Below are positions 19,301 through 28,940 of a stretch of DNA of 64,000 bases, piece after piece. Each line of letters opens with the position of its first letter. Positions within the stretch are counted from its first letter, which is position 1. This DNA is from Acidobacteriota bacterium. Lineage in GTDB: Bacteria; Acidobacteriota; UBA6911; RPQK01; JAJDTT01. The stretch is from the NCBI GenBank assembly GCA_965231825.1, contig OZ246889.1:4601762-4665761 (forward strand), read 5' to 3'. The notes under the pieces were generated by a model. That model had not been told where the DNA came from and did no database searches. It saw only the letters and a list, made by a program, of their open reading frames with translations. The translations under genes and the position numbers were made by a program.

Positions 19301-21694
19301 GCGTATCGCATCACGTCGGCGCGCCTGAGCATCGTCGATCTCTTTGTCGATTTCTTCGAGCGTCGCGAAGAGTGGCCGAAAGGCGTTGGTTTCCGAGAAA
19401 TAGTCGAGCGGAATCCGATCGCGCTGCTGCTCGTAACTCTCGAGCGCAAGTGTGCCCGCTGCGTAAGCCGAGTCTAGGCGATTGCTCGTTTCTGCGATCT
19501 TGTCCTTTAGTTCCGATTGAATGTGTGCGCGTTGGCCCTCAATCACAGCGCGTGTCCGATCAGCGTCTTTCTCGTCGAGCCGTCCGGTTCGTTCTGCGAC
19601 GTTGACAGCCGCTTCCGCACCGAAGAAGTCTCCGAGGTTCGCGCGCTCCATGGCGGCTTGTGCGAAGTCTGGAGTTTCCTGTTGCGCAAGATTCCACAAA
19701 ACATCGAAATCGACGGGAAGGTCGGACGGCTGGCCAGTGTCATCGAACACTATGTCCGGCTGCGCAAGCAGTTCCCCGTTCAGCAAGTCGGTCAAGCCAA
19801 CGGGTTGGTGATCCTTCTCACCGTCCGCGACGATGAACAAGGCTGCGTAGTGTCGGAGTAATTTCTGCGCACCCTCAGCCTTGTGCAATGGCACCGCATT
19901 CATTTCCTCGAGCGCCAGATCGACCTTGTTGCGCACCGACGTACGCAACACCGCCGCCTGCTCCGTTTGGAATGGCAGCCTCTTGTCTGGACACTCTACA
20001 ATCAGGCGAAGCCAGCGATCAGAGAGCGCCAAGGCTTGATTCACCTTGTTGCGAAGATTCACCCGGGGAGACCCCTCGATCTTGTTGGTGCGTTTCCAGC
20101 TCCGGTTCTCTCGATCAATCCGGTCGATTTCCTTGTCCCCGTGAGCCCGCCAATATTCGGATATTTGTGCAACGCTTTCCACATCGATATCTTCGATTGG
20201 ATTATCGACCACCAACGAAATAATACGGCCGAGCGAAGACTGACCGTTACTTCGTTCCCAATCTTCAAGCATTCGTCTCCACACTCTGGTGGCGGCCTGA
20301 AATTTTATCTTGGATTGACGTTCGTTCGTGATCCACGACGTCGTTTCGTTGCGGAGGGCCAGTGCTCTTTCGTGCCACCTTTCCAGAGAATCCTCCTCTT
20401 GCAGGAGAGCGATGGGTAGATAAACGCCCGTCATCGACACATCGGCTGCACTCTTTGCCAGCGCTCGCAGTGACGGCGTGTCGTCGAGCCGGGATTCGAG
20501 GAAAGTAAGTAACTGGGCGACTGGTCCCCCGGGAGCCGCTAGGGCGGGCGCCAGAGCGGCGCAGGTCGTGAAGAGTGCGTGTCTGCGCCAGCCCGGTCCA
20601 TTGTCTGCGACTGTCTCCGCTTCGTGAAGCAACGTAGCGGCGAGTTCGGACAGTTCTGCGGCGACAGGCGCACGCTCGTCGGTCACATAATTGCAGGCAG
20701 CTAGTTTGATGGAATTAGCGCTTGGGAACGCGCCCGGCGCCGAGAGAGAGAGATGGTAGGCGAGTCCGAGACGACCGTGCTCGATCAACGTCGCGATGGC
20801 GTCCTCGATCCGTTCGACTGAGCCATCTTCAGTGGTGTCTGATCGCGCCAGATCATCCGCCGCTTCCGCACGTGGCTCGTCGTCGTCCGGTCGTGTTGGA
20901 CTATCCGGTGCCGCGCCGCGTTGGCGCACTGTGCCCTCGTCGCTGGTTGGTGGGGCTTCCTCCCTAGCTGATTTCGGGGCGCCTTGGCCTAGGACCACCG
21001 TTCTGGGCGCGGGTTGGTCGGCCGACCGCTTGAGCTCATCCAGACCGTCCGCACGTTCCATCGTCTCGGGCTCAGAAGGTTGGGGCGGTTCACCGAAGTC
21101 CGCGTCGAGCCGACCGGACTCCGGCTTGGTAACGGCCCAGTCTAAGGCTGCGCAGACTTGGCTGCGCTCGACGGCGAGCGCTTCGAGAGCACCGTTTAGA
21201 GAACGCACTGACTCGAAATCGGCGTCGCTCGATGCCTGCTTGAGCTTTTCATGTGTTTCCCGGTAGCGGGCGTCTACCGAGAGCCATCGTTCGACGAGGT
21301 CGAGAGCTGCGCTGACAACCTCCCGATCCACGCCGCCTTCGTCGATCCGTATCCTCAAGGCTGCCAGAGCATCCGTCGCTGTCGCCGCCCCGGCGATCGC
21401 CTCGGCGTGCCGCGTCTCCCAGTCCTCGACCTGCGCCCTTTGGAACGAGATATCGCGATTTCGAAAATGCTGGGCCTTGGCTACATCGACCAAGCTCAGC
21501 GCGGCGTCAGAGAGCGCTCGGAGTTCTTCTTCATTCAAGTGGTCGACATCGATGTCTTCGGCGATTCGCCGAATGTGCTCGACGGTCGCAACGACTCCTT
21601 CCTCCGGGAGAGGCACTTCCTCATTGCCCTGTGCCTGAAGGCCAACCCCTCCGTGGCCTCTGACCCGAACCTGCTCTTCCACACTCCCAGACAT
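16385..21694 (-). CDS. 1769-aa STAND/AAA-like NTPase
   Basis: FFGR, Walker A GGRRLGKTT, Walker B LLLVDEAD, ETNYYPALAQ; long helical N-terminus; AAGGAGG RBS. Confidence 0.85.
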   Translation of the reverse strand: MSGSVEEQVRVRGHGGVGLQAQGNEEVPLPEEGVVATVEHIRRIAEDIDVDHLNEEELRALSDAALSLVDVAKAQHFRNRDISFQRAQVEDWETRHAEAIAGAATATDALAALRIRIDEGGVDREVVSAALDLVERWLSVDARYRETHEKLKQASSDADFESVRSLNGALEALAVERSQVCAALDWAVTKPESGRLDADFGEPPQPSEPETMERADGLDELKRSADQPAPRTVVLGQGAPKSAREEAPPTSDEGTVRQRGAAPDSPTRPDDDEPRAEAADDLARSDTTEDGSVERIEDAIATLIEHGRLGLAYHLSLSAPGAFPSANSIKLAACNYVTDERAPVAAELSELAATLLHEAETVADNGPGWRRHALFTTCAALAPALAAPGGPVAQLLTFLESRLDDTPSLRALAKSAADVSMTGVYLPIALLQEEDSLERWHERALALRNETTSWITNERQSKIKFQAATRVWRRMLEDWERSNGQSSLGRIISLVVDNPIEDIDVESVAQISEYWRAHGDKEIDRIDRENRSWKRTNKIEGSPRVNLRNKVNQALALSDRWLRLIVECPDKRLPFQTEQAAVLRTSVRNKVDLALEEMNAVPLHKAEGAQKLLRHYAALFIVADGEKDHQPVGLTDLLNGELLAQPDIVFDDTGQPSDLPVDFDVLWNLAQQETPDFAQAAMERANLGDFFGAEAAVNVAERTGRLDEKDADRTRAVIEGQRAHIQSELKDKIAETSNRLDSAYAAGTLALESYEQQRDRIPLDYFSETNAFRPLFATLEEIDKEIDDAQARRRDAIRGSLDQVHGVSRDEKERIESAINSGRFQVAEDFVVRIEHGEELPTPETTSDRPFDRFFPQFTEKYTALDDKEGDGIVGARRVIFSRDSEEFIDASGLSEDAAQDGIDLLDAWTALRDGPTSISSLRALMSALGFAQARVHGPTDETLGGEGVFTLQAVPVADRSIAQLPDFGSRASGTYRLFAVRGRTTGEAIIREVGKRNGAGSSPNIALFLGILDADSRRSLARDFQTNEYDPTIVLDESLVVFLAAWSGDRLAAFYDCVSAFSFSQPFEPDAAELSPEMFFGRSAARQKILAMSHDMAHFVYGGRRLGKTTLLADVAREYRTRKPDASEELVLLINLKGTGIGENLPTEDLWPLFAEKLTDYGVVGRGTRRHETIGKSVRRWLEMDQGRRVLLLVDEADAFLRAEGSPEQGYRVLEQIKRLMEQTERRFKVVFAGLHNVQRAARDPNTPFAHMGEAVRIGPMLPGDDGDEIQNLISGPLEALGYRFVSNDSVIRIAAETNYYPALAQQFCKELLKTLREESYALNDAGPPYPIHPDLVDRVFNARETRDRIRNLFSWTIQLDLRYEFLTYLIAKESFDNEDARPQAMPIAAIRDAALREWPKGFASDSSFWTFEVLLEEMVGLGILREAADKEYAIRTRNLRMLLGNDEEIERRFTDAKNKPAPPIFDPAQFRSRLSDGTPSSLTTHQQSRLLSGRYAVGLVFGTHLAGLHRVGDSLRQAADKWDESLFIEELAPTGALRGALRRVLRSRKPGTHVVLVDMRGAWDLELLARVLAFVGKHQRQNRMQDRIIRPVFLCGPEDAWKWLNETVPSDERVELRDVWLGPCALDFTRTYLKDQESRAYADLEKLDQRVDLPWPLVVGTAARDRKLESIDEAIRVMLNDEHSRHVSDIIRISENTDTALHLLSTFPDESMTVDLLSGLSEDEDTTMSPEDVIDFFNWASHLGVVCRDVNGYRLDSTYAKGLRRVL

Positions 21695-22022
21695 CCGGTG
21701 CCTCCTTCTCTTTCTGGACCTTAGAAAAGTTAGCTAAACTACTCTCCATGGACACTATACTATAGGGACTACTACTCTGACTCTTCACAAGCCCAGAAAC
21801 CTTTAGCGGTAAAATCTCTAAGGGTTTCCCCCGCACAGACCGGGATCTCTTGGGCTACGACCATTACTAAATTTATAGGACATTCGCTGGGGAATTTTGG
21901 TACGACATCGGGGTCTTGCCGTTTCTCTCGGAAGCATGCATCAGCCCTGACTCGCTCAGAAACACGGATCAGCAGAAGATCACCCGAAATGTTGAAGATA
22001 ACAGCTTCCGAAGACGCTGCCT

Positions 22023-23631
22023 TGGAGTTGACCCGCTTTCGTGGACACATCCAAAGTAAGGGGAAGGAGGGATCCACGATGGCAAGAAAGGGTCGACGGT
22101 ACCCGCCGGAGTTCCGGCGGGAGATCGTGGGGCTGGTGCGCTCAGGCCGATCACCGGAGGCGCTGGCCGAGGAGTTCGAGCCCTCGGCATCGGCGATCCG
22201 GAAGTGGGTCAAGCAAGCCGATCTGGATGAGGGGCGCCGCAACGACGGGTTGACGACATTTGAGCGCCAGGAGCTGCGCCAGGCGAAGCGGGAGATCAAG
22301 CGGCTGCGGATGGAGCGGGACATCCTAAAAAAAGCCGCGGCTTGGTTCGCCCGGGAGAGCGGCTCGATCCCCGGAAAGGATTCGAGTTCGTGAAGGCGCA
22401 CCGAGCCCGGTTTCCGATTCGGGTGATGTGCCGTGTTCTGGGTCTCTCCCCCAGCGGGTACTACGCCTGGTTGAAGCGCCGACCCTCGAAGCGCGCCCGC
22501 CGCGACGAGGCGCTTCGGAAAATGATCGTGCGGATCTGGAATGAGAACCGGAGAGTTTATGGTCGGCCTCGCCTGCATGCCGAGTTGAGAGCTCGAGGCG
22601 AACGGACGAGCCCGAAGCGTGTGGGTCGATTGATGCAGGAAGCCGGGATCCAGGGGGTGAGCCGGAGGCAGCGGAAGGCCGGGCTCACCCGGAGGGACCG
22701 GAAAGCGCGTCCGGCACCGGACTTGGTGAACCGGAACTTCGCGGCCGAGGGACCGGATCAGCTCTGGGTCGCGGACCTCACCTATGTCCGCACGAAGGCG
22801 GGCTGGTTGTATGTGGCCGTGGTTCTGGATGCTTGGAGCCGCTTGGTCGTGGGCTGGGCCATGGAGACGCATCTGCGCTCCGAACTCGTCGAGAAAGCGC
22901 TCGCCATGGCGGTGATCCGGCGCCAGCCGAAGCAGGTGATCCACCACTCGGACCAAGGGACGCAGTACACCTGCACTGCCTTCGGGAAGCGATGCCGGGA
23001 GGCTGGGGTGCGACCCTCGATGGGATCGGTGGGGGACGCTTACGATAACGCGATGTGCGAGAGCTTCTTCGCGACTTTGGAGTGCGAGTTGCTGGACCGT
23101 CACCGATTCCGGAACCCGGGTGAGGCGAGGCGGGCCGTCTTCGACTTCATTGAGGGATTCTACAATCGGCAACGCCGGCATTCGGCGCTGGGTTACGAGT
23201 CGCCGGCCCATTACGAGCAGCAGGCGGCGTAGGACCCACGCCGGCTTCGAGCGGCCCGACCACGAAGCCAGCACCGCCATCGTTGCACCAAGCGTCGCGC
23301 GCGACACGCTTGAAGGGGGCAGGGGGGCTCTGCCCCCCTGAAACCCCCCGGATGCAAAGAGACATATAAAACTCTTAAATCCCTGGAAACAGAGACCGAG
23401 GCCCCCTCGTTAAGCGGTATCCCATTGTGGAAAATCAGAGATTTCCCACAACGTGAGCCCTTTTGCTGACGCGTCCACCAGTCGCCCCCACACGGAAAGA
23501 AAGAGCGCTCTGTCAGTGGCCATTGACCTTCATCGGGAGGAAGTCTTGCTCCCCACGGACAGAAGGAGTATTACAAACAGGACCAACGTAGTCCGCACTA
23601 ACAAACCGTCCACGAAAACGGGACACCCTCA
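22023..23631 (+). mobile_element. IS3-family element, copy 1 (orfA 22079-22393, orfB to 23232)
   Basis: TG...CA ends with imperfect IRs; GCCT target duplication; A7G slippery site; WVADLTY, HSDQG, DNAMCESFF. Confidence 0.95.
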
Positions 23632-24220
23632 GCCTAAGTCCTACGCAGCGCACGATCAGACTAGTTTCGCGACCTCTGCTGGCCTTCATTTCAGGCATTC
23701 TTCCTCCTGAAATGCAGGGTGTGACGACGGGAGACGTGTTTCCACTCGACTCCGTTGACGGCGTAACCGCCGGGCCGAAATCGGCCATCGAGTAGCACTC
23801 ATAGGCAGAATATCGCTCCGTCGGTGTGGGAGTCGACTGTTGGCGGCCATGTAAAAGTGCAGGAAAGTGGCCGTCGAAAATGTCAGGCCTCGGGGGCGTG
23901 GGCGCGTGGTGACCCGGGGCTGACGCGTCCGTTCACGGCCACGAAAGGCCAAGGGCATCCGTTTCGATCAGGTGGAAAGATGCGGGGGAAGAGCGTAGCC
24001 GTAAAATACTAAGTTATTTTTGATGAGTGGTTTACGGAATTTTCAAGAACAGTCCGCCTGATGCAGGGACGGTCGAATGCCGTAACGACTATTTGCCACG
24101 GGCAGGTAAGCTACCGACCTTTCCTTACCGGAGACAGCACCTTTTCTCATATTTCTACTCGATGCGCCTCCAAATCCTTCGGATTCCAGGTGCTTCCCGT
24201 CAGGAACCCGATCACCGAAA

Positions 24221-25074
24221 TCACGCCTCCTTCCGCTCGTCAGATGCATTTGTTGCCAGTTCCCACCGCTTCTTCGTGTATGTGATGTAGGTCACGGGGG
24301 CCCGGCAGGCCTTGCAGATCCCTGTTTCCTGACATTTCGTTTGATTGCCCAGCCGCACGTGGTGCACCGCGCAATATAGCGAGGCGGGGCAAATTCCACT
24401 TTGTGGCAACGGTCGCCGGCGCATCCGATCGAACGCGCGACTGCCTTCCAGGCGGCATCATGATTATGCTTCGGGCCGACCAGGGCGTGAGCGATCTCGT
24501 GGAGAATCGTGTCCCTGACTTGCGGGTCGGTTGCGTGGAGGCAATAGAGACGGGAGAGTCCAATGACGTTGAGGCCGAAAACGCAGACTCCCGCCCGCTT
24601 GGAGGCATCCTCGAACTGAAAGCTCAATCCCGTGAGTCCGTGCCGGCTCATCAGCCGCTCAGCCTCCGCCGCAACTTCGGCCAATCGCCGGCCATCGCCG
24701 CGATCAGGATTCGGTCCGGCTGGAGTCAGCAGATCATACGGAACGTAGTAGCTTCCGCGCTCCGTGGCGACCAGGGCGCGCTTGGGCCCGAGACGCGCGA
24801 GAATGCCCTCGATCCTGCCCTGACCGTGCGGGATCAAGACCTCGTCATCCGGGCGGAATTGAGCCTTGATCTGGTCGCGCCTCAGAGTCACTCATTTTCT
24901 ACTTTCGGCCTTGTTTCGAGCGAGGAGGTCCCATGGCACTCGGTACTCGCCGCCGTCAGTTCCCACGATATCGGCTTTCTGAGGAGTCTTGCGGGCGATG
25001 TGCCCGTTGACCCAGACACCCCGGGACCTGAACTTCACGGGATCATGAATGCAGAACTGCGCGGCGCGAGACAC
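24221..25074 (-). pseudogene. SprT-like metalloprotease, copy 2 (internal stop at ~24892, 3' frameshift)
   Basis: HEIAH motif; split into ORFs 24892-25074 and 24292-24891. Confidence 0.75.
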
Positions 25075-25317
25075 TGTCGGAACTCAAGAAATCACTTGGC
25101 GTGCCCTGTCCGGAAACCGAATCAGCACAATGGACGAAGAATCGGCGTCCCTCTGAGAGCCGGGACCATGAGCAGGATTAGCTTCGAACGTCTACGGCCC
25201 ACCGCTCCTGTTGTTTCCCCCATTCCCGATCGTTCCGGAGGGGGAGCTTATCATTCCTATGCGTCAGCGGGGTCGGACTTGCAGAACCGAACTCGCTTGC
25301 GCCGCCTTGTCGCCGAG
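24232..25317. repeat. ~1.1-kb direct repeat, copy 2
   Basis: Matches 10231-11314. Confidence 0.9.
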
Positions 25318-25564
25318 TCAGAACCACTGGTGACGGGACTCCGCCAGAGCAACCATCAACAACCCGCCTCTGACGTCTTCCTGTCCAATTGGGATCCCTC
25401 CACCGATTCTCGCACCAATCGGCCAAGTGCGGGCCGATTATCTCTGTAAGATCGCAACCTGCCCCGACAACATGTGCACCGGCGCGCCACATGTCGTATC
25501 TTGGCTGCGACCCGGTTCCGCGAAATCGTCTTGGGCGAAGGGAGAATAAAGACAGCAAGGAAGG

Positions 25565-25668
25565 TGGCAAGCAGACAAACCGATGGCGGTGCGACGACAG
25601 GCTACGAGGCCGAGTTGTGGGCCATGGCCGATGCGCTCCGCGGATCGATACAGCCGAGTACAAGCACA
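25565..25668 (+). pseudogene. hsdM: Type I RM M subunit N-terminal remnant
   Basis: ATTGYEAELWAMADALRGS then AEYKH in a shifted frame. Confidence 0.65.
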
Positions 25669-25685
25669 AGGAAAGAAACAACGTC

Positions 25686-25907
25686 ATGAAGTACACCGTC
25701 GTGATTGAAAGGACCCCGAACAACTATGCAGCTTACGTGCCCGACCTGCCCGGCTGCGTGACTATGGCGGGCACCCGCGGCGAGCTGTTGGAGGAGATCC
25801 GGGAAGCCATCGAGTTTCACATCGAGGGTATACGCGAAGACGGCGAACCCATCCCGGAGCCGCAGGCTACCTCCAACGTTGTGGAAGTTTCGGCGGCAGC
25901 GGGGTGA
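25686..25907 (+). CDS. hicB: HicB-family antitoxin (no adjacent hicA)
   Basis: MKYTVVIE..NYAAYVPDLPGCV..G.T..E....IREAIEFH.E.....GEPIP. Confidence 0.85.
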   Translation: MKYTVVIERTPNNYAAYVPDLPGCVTMAGTRGELLEEIREAIEFHIEGIREDGEPIPEPQATSNVVEVSAAAG

Positions 25908-25910
25908 GCC

Positions 25911-26156
25911 ATGACTGTAGCGGAACTGATGAGCATATTGCAGAATCACGCTGCCGATTTGCGCGTGGTGGTCAACGGCTATGAAGACGGCTACGACGAC
26001 CTGTCGCCGGAGCAGCTCCGTGTCGTGAAGATAAGCCTGAACACCGGCAAGCATCCCTGGGAGGGAGCGCACGGGGACCCCGCTGGCCTGAGCAGAAGCG
26101 CGCCTGACGACGCGAAGTTGGTTGAAGCCCTTGTCTTGCGGCGCGTGTCCAACTGA
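25911..26156 (+). CDS. Hypothetical protein
   Basis: MTVAEL..L....DLRVVVNGYEDGYDD; closely follows hicB. Confidence 0.55.
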   Translation: MTVAELMSILQNHAADLRVVVNGYEDGYDDLSPEQLRVVKISLNTGKHPWEGAHGDPAGLSRSAPDDAKLVEALVLRRVSN

Positions 26157-26287
26157 GCGAATGGCCTCAATAGCAAAGCCGGACCCCATGGTTGTGCAGG
26201 AGGGAGCCGAGCAAACCACGGGGATGCGACGGCCCGAAAATGTCGGGCTGGAAGCTCTTATCAACTTGTTCCATGAATAATCCGAGT

Positions 26288-28240
26288 TTACGGCGGCCCC
26301 GTCGGTTTGTACGTTAGCCGGAACGACAGATTGCTCATCCACTGCTTGAAATCCGGATCGTCCATGAACTTCTTGAACAGTTGGGTGTCGTCCTTCATCA
26401 CCGCCATCATGACTCGTAGGAGAGCCTTGTCGTGCTCGATACGGGCGTTCTCCCGGTCCGAGTTCTTCTGAGCGTTCCTGAAAGCGGTGTCCTGCGCGAC
26501 TCGCGACGGAATCGTTTCGGTGATGAGCTGGAGCACCCGGTCTCCGTCCTCCCAGGGAATGTTGCCAAAAAGATCGTTGAACGCCTTGATGATGTTGGAC
26601 AAGAGGTCCAGCTCGGGATCGGCACGGCCACCGAAACCGGAGTCCGAACTGGGGCCGATCTCGGCATCCTCATCCGGCAGCAGGATCTTCTGCATCGCCT
26701 TCTTCTCGACCCGGTAGCTGTCCATGTCGATGGCGTCGAGGATGCCCTTGGACATATCCCCCTCACGCGGGGACGGTAACTTCGAGACCAGGAAGTTCAG
26801 GAAGATCGAGCGTTCTTCCCACTTGGCGTTGTTGTACGGCAGGACCGAAGAGAGGAAGGCGTAGGTTCTCAGGAATCCCTTGGCCTGGCGCTTGAACTGA
26901 ACCTGCCCGTCTTCGTCGAGGTCCTGCAGGTACACCTCTACGCAAGCCTCCAGGATGGGATCCAGCTCCTCGCGATCCTCGCCGGCCAAGTAGCGCGACA
27001 CGAAGTCTTTGACCTGCTCGGATGAATAGACCTGGGCGCCGTCCAGGTCGGCCTGGAGGTCGTGCAGCTTGTTGGGATCGGTTTCTTCGGACAGGATCGT
27101 CCCTCGATAGTAGTCGGCGAAGGCGTCTCGGATGGTGTCCGACTCGTTCAGGAAATCCAGCACGAACACATCGTGCTTCTTGGGGTGCGCCCGGTTGAGC
27201 CGGGAGAGGGTCTGGACCGCCCTGACGCCGGAGAGCGTCTTGTCCACGTACATCGTGTGCAGCAGAGGTTCGTCGTAGCCGGTCTGGAACTTGTCCGCAC
27301 AGACCAGAAAGCGGTACGGATCCTCCCGGAACCTCTCGGCAATCCTGTTCGACGGAAAGCCGTTCAGCTTGGACTCGCTCAGCTTCGCTCCGCCGTACTC
27401 ATGCTTCCCCGAGAAGGCTACGATGGCCTGGTAGCGGCTCTTTCGTTCCTTCAGGTAGTCGCGGATGGCATGGTAGTATTGGATCGCTCGTTCGATCCCG
27501 TTGGTGACGACCATCGCCCGGGCTCTGCCGCCGATCTTGCCATGGGACAGGACCTGGCTGTGGAAGTGGTCCACCACGATCTCCGACTTGAGGCGGATCG
27601 CGTGGTCGTGCCCCTCGACGTAGCGCCGCAGCTTCCTGCGGGCCTTCTTGACGTCGAACTCGGGATCGTCCTCCACCGTCTTGGCGAGCTTGTAGTAGCT
27701 CTTGACCGGCGTGTAGTGGCGCAGCACATCCAGGATGAAACCCTCCTGGATCGCCTGCTTCATGCTGTAGGTGTGAAAGGCGTGATGCCGGACCGTACCG
27801 TCGCTCTGCGGGTCCGCATCGCCGAAGATCTCCAGCGTCTTGTTCTTGGGCGTGGCGGTGAAGGCGAAGTAGCTGGCGTTGGGGAGGATCTTGCGCGATT
27901 CCATCGCGCGGTTGATCCGATCCTCGTAGGTCTCCTCGTCCTCGGCTTCTCCCGCCTTGCCCAGCGCCTTGGCCATGGCTGCGGCGGTTCTGGATCGTCG
28001 AGATGATGATCTTCTTGCCGGACTCGATGAACCGCCGCAGGTCGCCGGAACGCTCGGCGTGTCCCACCGTCGAGCGCACCTGGACGTATTTCCTGATCGT
28101 GTCCCGGATCTGCCGGTCCAGGATGCGGCGATCGGTGACGACAATGATGGAGTCGAAAACCGGAGCGTCGTCCTTTTCAAGCCGGATCAGTTGGTGGGCC
28201 AGCCATGCGATCGAAAGGCTCTTCCCGCTGCCCGCCGCAA
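26288..28240 (-). pseudogene. hsdR: Type I restriction subunit R, 5'-truncated with internal deletion
   Basis: AGSGKS.SIAW, VVTDR, FTATP, KFQTGYDEP, AVQTLSRLNR; DEAH box and nuclease domain missing; frameshift at ~27990. Confidence 0.9.
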
Positions 28241-28267
28241 CGCGCCATCGTACGCCATCGCGCCATC

Positions 28268-28299
28268 GTAGAGAGGGTGACTGCCCCCTTCTTTCTCCC
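28268..28299 (+). repeat. GTAG-tagged hairpin at the hsdR truncation
   Basis: GTAGAGAGGGTGACTGCCCCCTTCTTTCTCC preceded by three CGCCATCG micro-repeats. Confidence 0.7.
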
Positions 28300-28940
28300 C
28301 GGTGCGGCAATCGAGCACATCCGCCAGCACAGTGCCACCGGATCCCGTAGCCAACTCCGTTCTCCCTCATCAGTCGAAAGGCATAGTATCTGTGCGTTTC
28401 TCGTCGCTGGCCATGCCCATCTCCAACAAGCTAGCCTTGCGGGTCTCTGGACGACCAGTGACGCCCTCCCCGGTCCAAGGAGGCGGGCAAGGAGCGAAAA
28501 AAGCCATTCAAGTCGATGGCAGCAGTGAGTTTCAGGCCGACTCCGAGCAGGCCTGTCAGCGATTGAGGTTATCCTTACGTGTGGGTCGTAAATTCTCCGA
28601 ATCGGTGATTACTTTCTAGAGCCGTGGGCACCTACGAAGGGGACGGGTTCCGCACACTGATTTCGAGGCGGCATGAATAAGACTCTGAGGTGTCCGAGCG
28701 AGGACACGATAAGTGGTGCCTGTAATCATGAGACTGGATGCCCAATGGGGAAGGAATCGAACCGCTGACGGCGAAGAAAACAGGTAAGAGACAAAGGGCC
28801 AGAGTGCTTAGGGGCGAAGTCGGTAACCGTCAAGGAGAGCTCCTCACCGATTTCAACAGCGGAAAGCAGGTTCGTGCGACACTCAGGAAGTGGACGCTAT
28901 TCAGATCTTCGCTCGTCGTCTCGTTGAATATTTAGGAAAG

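Noticed and set aside
21772-23307. Long minus-strand ORFs over IS3 (also 33709-35310) and other long antisense ORFs (e.g. 49634-51454, 57462-58580)
   Set aside because: Shadow frames of recognised genes in GC-rich DNA.
23555-23605. Variable IS3 tail segment as a target-specifying guide
   Set aside because: No convincing complementarity to either insertion site; normal 3-4 bp DDE target duplications are present.
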